Source: Bythopirellula sp. (GTDB lineage: Bacteria; Planctomycetota; Planctomycetia; Pirellulales; Lacipirellulaceae). Taken from it: a stretch of 64,000 nt of DNA. A program made the position numbers and the translations under genes. The stretch lies in the NCBI GenBank assembly GCA_965216565.1, contig OZ244170.1, positions 1,728,001 through 1,792,000 on the forward strand, read 5' to 3'. Positions 57,985 through 64,000 of this stretch are shown in pieces (positions within the stretch are counted from its first letter, which is position 1; each line of letters starts with the position of its first letter). A model generated the notes under the pieces. It saw nothing but the letters and a program-made list of their open reading frames with translations. It did no database searches and was not told the origin of the DNA.

Positions 57985-60831
57985 ATGCCCAAATCATCGC
58001 GACAAACGTCATTACCGGGCATGGAGCCTGACGAAGCCGAAACTCCGCCGAGTGAGAATCAGCCAGATTCTGAGGGATCTCAACCATCTTCGCTCGCCGG
58101 TTGGACAGTCTATGCCGTTGACGCTCACTCGTTAATCTTCCAGGTGTTCCATGCTTTGCCGGACATGACCAGTCCCTCTGGCGAACCAGTCGGCGCAGTC
58201 TATGGCTTTGTGCGCGATTTGATTCAACTAATCGAAACTCGTCAGCCGGACGGATTGTTGTGTGCCTTTGATTTGCCGGGCGGGACATTTCGCAATGATC
58301 TTTACGTCGAGTACAAAGCAAATCGAGGCGAAATGCCTGCCGACTTGGTATCACAGATTCCCAAGATTCGAGAGGTTTTGAAGGCGCTCAGCATTCCCGT
58401 TCTTGATAGTCCCGGGTACGAAGCAGACGACGTACTCGCCACAGTTGCTAAGCAGTGTGATGAACTTGGCGGCGAGTGCCTGGTGGTCACTGGGGACAAG
58501 GATTGCAGGCAGCTGATTACTGATCGCGTGTCTGTATTCAACATTCGCAAGAATAGCGTTTACGACGCGACAGCCTTGATGGATGACTGGGGAGTTCGCC
58601 CTGACCAAGTTGTTGATTTTCAAGCGTTAGTCGGCGACAAGGTGGATAACGTTCCCGGTGTTCCATTGATCGGCCCGAAAGCGGCCAAGGATCTGCTCGG
58701 TCAATATGGCAATCTAGAGAGTGTGCTCGATCATGCCGAGGATGTCGCGGGAGCAAAGAAGCGCCAGAACTTGGTCGAATATCGAGACGACGCCCTTCTT
58801 TCGCAAACCCTGGTCCGCCTGGCCAACGATGTGCCGGTGACTCCAGATTGGCAGGCGACACGTGTCGGTGGGGTTGATCACGATCGCCTGGCTGAGTTGT
58901 TTCGAGACTTTGGTTTTAGGAGTTTGGCGGAACGTGCTGCGATGATCGATGGCGGAGGGCCGAATAAGAATGCAGGACCTCAGATTGAGGCCAATTACGA
59001 ATTGGTCAATACGCCTGACGCCCTCGACTCATTGGTGAAGAAACTCTCTAAGAGCTCGATGATTTCTGTCGACACAGAAACCACCGATGTCGATTCACGG
59101 CGTGCCGAGATCGTTGGCTATGCTCTCTCGACAGAGGCGGGGGAGGGCTATTACGTTCCGGTCCGTGGGCCCGCTGGGGAGAAAGTGCTGGATCCCATTA
59201 AGACTGCCGATACGCTGCGTCCCATCTTAGAAGATGAAGCTATCGCTAAGGTGGGACAAAACTTGAAGTACGATATCGTCGTATTACGAAGTGCGGGCAT
59301 TCGCCTGGCCGGCGTCGCACTTGATACGATGGTAGCGAGTTACCTGCTAGACGCAGGTGAACGAAGCCACAATCTCGATCAGCTTGCTGCACGCTATCTG
59401 GGGCATACGACGGTCAAGATCGATTCGTTGATCGGCAGCGGTAAAAACCAAAGACGAATGGACGAGGTGCCAATTAATGACGTGGCACCCTACGCGGCTG
59501 AAGACGCCGATCTACCTTTGCGACTTTACCCTTTGCTAACAGAGCGTTTGCAATCGGAAGGTCTCAACGAACTTTGTGACGAGGTAGAAACTCCGTTGAT
59601 CGACATCCTGGCTGAACTTGAATATGTCGGCATCCAGGTTGATACCAAGAAACTATCAGAACTTAGCAAGCAGTACGCGGCCAAGCTCCACCAGCTTTCG
59701 GAAGAAATCGAAGAAGCGGCCGGCTATCCGTTGAACATTGGCTCACCGAAGCAGCTTCGTGAGTTGCTGTTCGACAAACTTGGATTACCAGTAATCAAGA
59801 AGACAAAGACCGGCCCCAGTACAGACGCCTCGGTGCTCGAGCAATTAGCGCACCAGCACCCCCTTCCCGCGAAAATTGTGGAGTATCGTCAATATTCGAA
59901 GCTGCTAAATACCTACATCGACGCCCTTCCCACGATGATTCATCCCGAGACGGGACGCGTCCATGCCTCGTTCAACCAAGTGGTTGCGGCAACAGGTAGG
60001 TTGAGTTCGAGCAATCCGAATCTCCAAAACATCCCTGTTCGCACTGCCGAAGGTCGTGAAATCAGAAGTGCCTTTCGGGCAGGGCCGAAGGGTTGGAAAC
60101 TGCTGGCTGCTGACTATTCGCAGATCGAGCTGCGGGTGCTGGCCCACTATTGCCAGGATCAAACTCTCTTGGACGCATTCGCCAATGACGAAGACATCCA
60201 CGCACTGGTTGCCAGCCAAGTGGAGGGAATCGAGCTCGAAGCAGTCGATTCCGATATGCGGCGACGAGCCAAAGCCGTGAATTTTGGGATCATCTATGGC
60301 CAAAGTCCCTTTGGTTTGGCGAAAGCCCTAGATATCTCTCAGGAAGAAGCCGCGACTTTTATAGAAACTTACTTTGCCCGTTATCCAGGTGTTCTGGAGT
60401 TCTTTACCGACACGTTAGTTGCGTGTCGAGAGCAGGGCTATGTGACAACGCTATTGGGCCGACGCCGCGCTGTTCAGGGAGTTCGCGCAGTTCCGCCTGG
60501 GCTTCGCGAGCAAAAAACCGGGGCCCTGCGGCAATTGAATTTGCCCGAAAGGACGGCAGTCAATTCGGTGATTCAAGGCTCTGCCGCCGACCTGATCAAG
60601 CTGGCTATGATCGGCGTTCATCGACGACTGCAAACGGAAACGCTCTCGGCACAAATGCTCTTACAGATTCACGACGAACTCGTTTTCGAGGTAGACCCAG
60701 GGGAAATTGACCGACTGGCAGAGGTGGTTTCAGAAGAAATGAGCACAGTGATTGATCTGGCAGTTCCTTTGAAAGTCGACGTGAAGTTTGGCGATAACTG
60801 GGCTGATTGCCAGCCTTGGCAGGAGTCGTAA
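57985..60831 (+). CDS. polA: DNA polymerase I
   Basis: 5'-3' exonuclease (YKANR, EADD, GDKVDNVPGV), 3'-5' exonuclease DTET, TGRLSSSNPNLQNIP, ADYSQIELR, KAVNFGIIYG, QIHDEL. Confidence 0.98.
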   Translation: MPKSSRQTSLPGMEPDEAETPPSENQPDSEGSQPSSLAGWTVYAVDAHSLIFQVFHALPDMTSPSGEPVGAVYGFVRDLIQLIETRQPDGLLCAFDLPGGTFRNDLYVEYKANRGEMPADLVSQIPKIREVLKALSIPVLDSPGYEADDVLATVAKQCDELGGECLVVTGDKDCRQLITDRVSVFNIRKNSVYDATALMDDWGVRPDQVVDFQALVGDKVDNVPGVPLIGPKAAKDLLGQYGNLESVLDHAEDVAGAKKRQNLVEYRDDALLSQTLVRLANDVPVTPDWQATRVGGVDHDRLAELFRDFGFRSLAERAAMIDGGGPNKNAGPQIEANYELVNTPDALDSLVKKLSKSSMISVDTETTDVDSRRAEIVGYALSTEAGEGYYVPVRGPAGEKVLDPIKTADTLRPILEDEAIAKVGQNLKYDIVVLRSAGIRLAGVALDTMVASYLLDAGERSHNLDQLAARYLGHTTVKIDSLIGSGKNQRRMDEVPINDVAPYAAEDADLPLRLYPLLTERLQSEGLNELCDEVETPLIDILAELEYVGIQVDTKKLSELSKQYAAKLHQLSEEIEEAAGYPLNIGSPKQLRELLFDKLGLPVIKKTKTGPSTDASVLEQLAHQHPLPAKIVEYRQYSKLLNTYIDALPTMIHPETGRVHASFNQVVAATGRLSSSNPNLQNIPVRTAEGREIRSAFRAGPKGWKLLAADYSQIELRVLAHYCQDQTLLDAFANDEDIHALVASQVEGIELEAVDSDMRRRAKAVNFGIIYGQSPFGLAKALDISQEEAATFIETYFARYPGVLEFFTDTLVACREQGYVTTLLGRRRAVQGVRAVPPGLREQKTGALRQLNLPERTAVNSVIQGSAADLIKLAMIGVHRRLQTETLSAQMLLQIHDELVFEVDPGEIDRLAEVVSEEMSTVIDLAVPLKVDVKFGDNWADCQPWQES

Positions 60832-60834
60832 GCC

Positions 60835-61449
60835 ATGCACACGATAGGGTTAGTAGGGGGTATCGCGAGCGGTAAATCGCAAGTTGCGACAGAGCTATCC
60901 AAGCTAGGAGCCAAGGTGCTCGACGCCGATGTTGCCGCTCACCAGGCGATCGATCTGCCTCATGTGAAGGAAGCGCTAGTTGAGCGTTGGGGGCAAAAGA
61001 TCATTGGCACGTCTGGAACCATTGACCGCCAGGCAGTAGCTCGAATTGTTTTCGCTCAACGAGATACTGATCGTTCTGAACTAAGATTTCTCGAGTCGCT
61101 CTTACATCCAGTCATTCGTAAAGATTTTGAGGAACAACTCACCGAGATCTACCAGTCAAAAGGTCCTGCAGTGGTGATCGATGCTCCCCTGTTGCTCGAA
61201 GCGGGTTGGCACGACCTATGCGATACCATTCTCTTCGTCGACGCTCCGGCGTCGGACCGTTACGAGCGAGCGAAGCGTCGTGACTGGACACCTGAGGAAT
61301 TTGCTCGCCGTGAGATGGCTCAAATGCCGATTGAGGAGAAAAAAGCACTGGCAACGCACCTCATCGCCAACGACGGAGACTTGCAAGACTTACAGCGGGC
61401 CACCGAACAGTTTTGGGACGTTATTCAGCGAGAAAACCCGCCTGATTAG
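60835..61449 (+). CDS. coaE: Dephospho-CoA kinase
   Basis: IGLVGGIASGKS, DAD, LHP, DAPLLLE. Confidence 0.95.
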   Translation: MHTIGLVGGIASGKSQVATELSKLGAKVLDADVAAHQAIDLPHVKEALVERWGQKIIGTSGTIDRQAVARIVFAQRDTDRSELRFLESLLHPVIRKDFEEQLTEIYQSKGPAVVIDAPLLLEAGWHDLCDTILFVDAPASDRYERAKRRDWTPEEFARREMAQMPIEEKKALATHLIANDGDLQDLQRATEQFWDVIQRENPPD

Positions 61450-61569
61450 AGTGTTCTTAGCTGCTAGCCAACCTGTTCACCGACGTTTGGGCTCTCCCGG
61501 TCTCTTTGCCTAAGTTGGCGAGATTGCCGTAGTCAGCCTTCCCAAAGCCTCCGACGGTTGCCATACTAA

Positions 61570-61599
61570 TTGTATCGATTGTAGCAGTTATGCTATGAT
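61570..61599 (+). promoter_or_regulatory. Candidate sigma70 promoter for rho
   Basis: TTGTAT-N18-TATGAT with extended -10 TG (TGcTATGAT at 61591-99). Confidence 0.4.
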
Positions 61600-61841
61600 C
61601 GACCCCGCCACTTTTCGCTTCGAGAACAAAGAGTAGATCCCCCCCTCGCGACCAATCAAACCCACGTCGGTTTGCTTTACCTTTTTTCGTTTAGATGATC
61701 CCGCATCGATCCTGCGCAGGGTTAGCGACCACTATCATCACTAGTCACAACCTCAACTAACATTCTCCCCTCAAAATACCCCCCCACCTTTTGGCACCTT
61801 CCGCGTGCCAGATTTCAGTCGCTTTTCAGGAGTACCATGTG

Positions 61842-63326
61842 ATGTCTGAGACCAGCAACCGCGGTCCACGGCACAATCGCCACCAACCACACCATCGTCG
61901 ACGAGGTGGCTCCGGCCCCTCCTCTATCGATGGAAACGACAGCCAACGCCTTTCCGAACTTGAGCGTGAAGAACCGCTTTCCATTGCTGAAGAACTCGAC
62001 AAGGCCGCCGAACGCGTGCGTCGAGCTGGAAAAAGCATCGAGCGGACCGACAAGCCCGATGCCAATGTGCACATTGCCGCGCTACAGAAGATGGCTCCGG
62101 CCGAACTAATTGAAGTGGCCGAGGCCGAAGGTGTTGAGGAAGCTTCGGGTTTGAAGAAGCAGGACCTGATCTTCCGTATCCTGAAACAGCGGGTGAAGCT
62201 CGACGGCATGATGTTCGGCGAGGGCACGCTTGAGATACTTCCAGATGGTTTCGGTTTTCTTCGTAGTCCCGACTATCACTACCTATCTTGCCCCGATGAT
62301 ATTTATGTTTCGCCAAGCCAAATTCGTCGCTTTGGCTTGAGGACCGGCGCAACCGTGGCAGGGACGATTCGGCCTCCTAAGGAAAACGAACGCTACTTTG
62401 CACTTCTGCGCGTTGAAGCTATCAACGGTCAAGATCCCAACCTGCTGTCCAAGAAAATCTTCTTCGACAATCTCACAGCCAATCATCCCGACGAACGGAT
62501 TCGCATGGAGACCACGGCCGACGAAATCTCGATGCGAGCAGTCGATATGATTGTCCCCATCGGATTTGGCCAGCGGGGCTTGATTGTCAGCCCGCCCCGA
62601 GCGGGCAAAACGATCCTGATGCAAAAAATGGCGCAAAGCGTCTTGACGAATTACCCCAATGCCTATGTCATGATGTTGCTTATCGACGAGCGACCCGAAG
62701 AAGTCACCGACATGGAGCGGCAGGTAAAAGGCCCCAATTGCGAGGTCATTAGTAGCACTTTCGACGAGCCCTCGTCCCGTCACGTGCTTGTGGCAGAAAT
62801 GGTCCTGGAAAAAGCCAAACGGATGGTCGAATATGGCCGCGATGTCGTTATTTTCCTCGATTCTATCACGCGGTTGGCTCGGGCTTGGAATGCTGAGTGC
62901 CCCAGTTCCGGTAAAGTTCTTTCAGGCGGTATCGACGCCAATGCGATGCAACGGCCCAAGCGGTTCTTTGGGTCTGCCCGCAAGGTGGACGAAGGCGGTT
63001 CACTAACGATTATTGCCACCGCGCTGATTGACACGGGCAGTCGTATGGACGAAGTGATCTTTGAGGAATTCAAAGGCACTGGCAATCAAGAAATCGTCCT
63101 CGATCGCCGCATGGTCGATCGTCGCATCTGGCCTGCCATTGACATCAATTCTAGTGGCACACGTCGCGAAGAGATGTTGCTCGACCCCGAGGAATACCGC
63201 CGCGTAACGCTGCTACGTCGAGTCTTGAGCGACATGAACCCACCAGATGCCATGGAGTTGCTGACAAACCGTCTCGTAAAGACGAAAACGAATGCCGAAT
63301 TCCTGATGAGTATAAAAGAGGAGTGA
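61842..63326 (+). CDS. rho: Transcription termination factor Rho
   Basis: [61 protein letters not shown]. Confidence 0.98.
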   Translation: MSETSNRGPRHNRHQPHHRRRGGSGPSSIDGNDSQRLSELEREEPLSIAEELDKAAERVRRAGKSIERTDKPDANVHIAALQKMAPAELIEVAEAEGVEEASGLKKQDLIFRILKQRVKLDGMMFGEGTLEILPDGFGFLRSPDYHYLSCPDDIYVSPSQIRRFGLRTGATVAGTIRPPKENERYFALLRVEAINGQDPNLLSKKIFFDNLTANHPDERIRMETTADEISMRAVDMIVPIGFGQRGLIVSPPRAGKTILMQKMAQSVLTNYPNAYVMMLLIDERPEEVTDMERQVKGPNCEVISSTFDEPSSRHVLVAEMVLEKAKRMVEYGRDVVIFLDSITRLARAWNAECPSSGKVLSGGIDANAMQRPKRFFGSARKVDEGGSLTIIATALIDTGSRMDEVIFEEFKGTGNQEIVLDRRMVDRRIWPAIDINSSGTRREEMLLDPEEYRRVTLLRRVLSDMNPPDAMELLTNRLVKTKTNAEFLMSIKEE

Positions 63327-63404
63327 GGGAAAGGAGAAAGCGAATGACGAATGACGGATAGCGTCGGATCGTTGTTTCGCAGATCCCAGTCTTTCCCTGA
63401 GATT

Positions 63405-63878
63405 GTGGCAAATATTCTTGAGTCAGACGGATTGCAAAATACCGATCGCTTTGCGATTGTCGTGGCTGAGTGGAATCGCGCCGTCACTGGCAAACTGCTA
63501 GAAGGTGCATTGCAGACGTTGGCCGACAGCGACGTAGCCGAAGGTCGCGTCGATGTGGCGTGGGTGCCTGGATCCTGGGAAATTCCGCTGGTTGCTCAGA
63601 GATTCGCCCGCAGCGGCCACTACGCGGCTGTGATCTGCTTGGGAGTCGTCGTGCGAGGCGAAACTTCTCACGACCAACACATTAACCGAGGCGTAAGCCT
63701 TGCTCTCAGCGATATTGCCCTTGAGGCCGATTTGCCCGTGCTGCTGGGCATCCTCACCTGTGAAACAATGGAACAAGCACTGGCCCGTGCGGGGGGCAAG
63801 GTTGGGAACAAAGGCTCCGAGTGCGCCGAGGCGGCGATCTCAATGGTCGGATTGCTTCGCAACTGCCCACCGCAATAG
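63405..63878 (+). CDS. ribH: 6,7-dimethyl-8-ribityllumazine synthase
   Basis: IVVAEWN, VPGSWEIP, LGVVVRGETSH, GNKG.ECA; GTG start 63405 assumed. Confidence 0.95.
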   Translation: MANILESDGLQNTDRFAIVVAEWNRAVTGKLLEGALQTLADSDVAEGRVDVAWVPGSWEIPLVAQRFARSGHYAAVICLGVVVRGETSHDQHINRGVSLALSDIALEADLPVLLGILTCETMEQALARAGGKVGNKGSECAEAAISMVGLLRNCPPQ

Positions 63879-63960
63879 AATAGAGTGTGCCAACGTAGTT
63901 CCTAGGATAAGTTCTTTTCCACCCACTCCCCGACCCCTCAATCCTCCCCCCCTCTCAAAG

Positions 63961-64000
63961 ATGTCTCGCCGTAGCCGTGCCCGCGAAGTTGCTTTGCAAG
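63961..64000 (+). CDS. nusB: Transcription antitermination factor NusB, 5' end (truncated by the window)
   Basis: ATG TCT CGC CGT AGC CGT GCC CGC GAA GTT GCT TTG CAA = MSRRSRAREVALQ, directly after ribH (conserved ribH-nusB order). Confidence 0.8.
   Translation, partial: MSRRSRAREVALQ

Noticed and set aside
63327..63404. FMN riboswitch upstream of ribH
   Set aside because: The gap after rho is too short and lacks the conserved RFN motifs.

Overview
Mostly core-genome DNA from a planctomycete, probably Pirellulales/Lacipirellulaceae-like (inferred from a dockerin-like plus PEP-CTERM protein, a planctomycete-type DnaA with SHSTV, and the polA-coaE-rho-ribH-nusB order). Housekeeping genes: fabI, a dnaA paralog, a ccsBA fusion, hisN, rpmB-gatCAB, bioA, polA, coaE, rho, ribH and the start of nusB. 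There is a divergent Wzy-dependent polysaccharide cluster (3.3-12.4 kb) whose gene families mirror Caulobacter holdfast synthesis, and a partial ebo-like cluster (30.8-37.3 kb). Most unusual items: (i) a ~925-aa flagellin derivative lacking the D0 termini, with a nested 4xA+4xB repeat architecture; (ii) a small secreted precursor with an acidic double-glycine-like leader and a 56-aa His/Lys-rich heptad-amphipathic tail; (iii) a 5x88-bp tandem array of a REP-like palindrome whose arms recur at 49 kb; (iv) a dnaA gene bracketed by MITE/REP-like elements, with an upstream array of TTGTG/CACAA motifs; (v) a membrane-tethered HTH protein with a very long acidic linker. No tRNA, rRNA, CRISPR array or transposase was recognised. 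All protein calls come from motif recognition by eye, not database searches.
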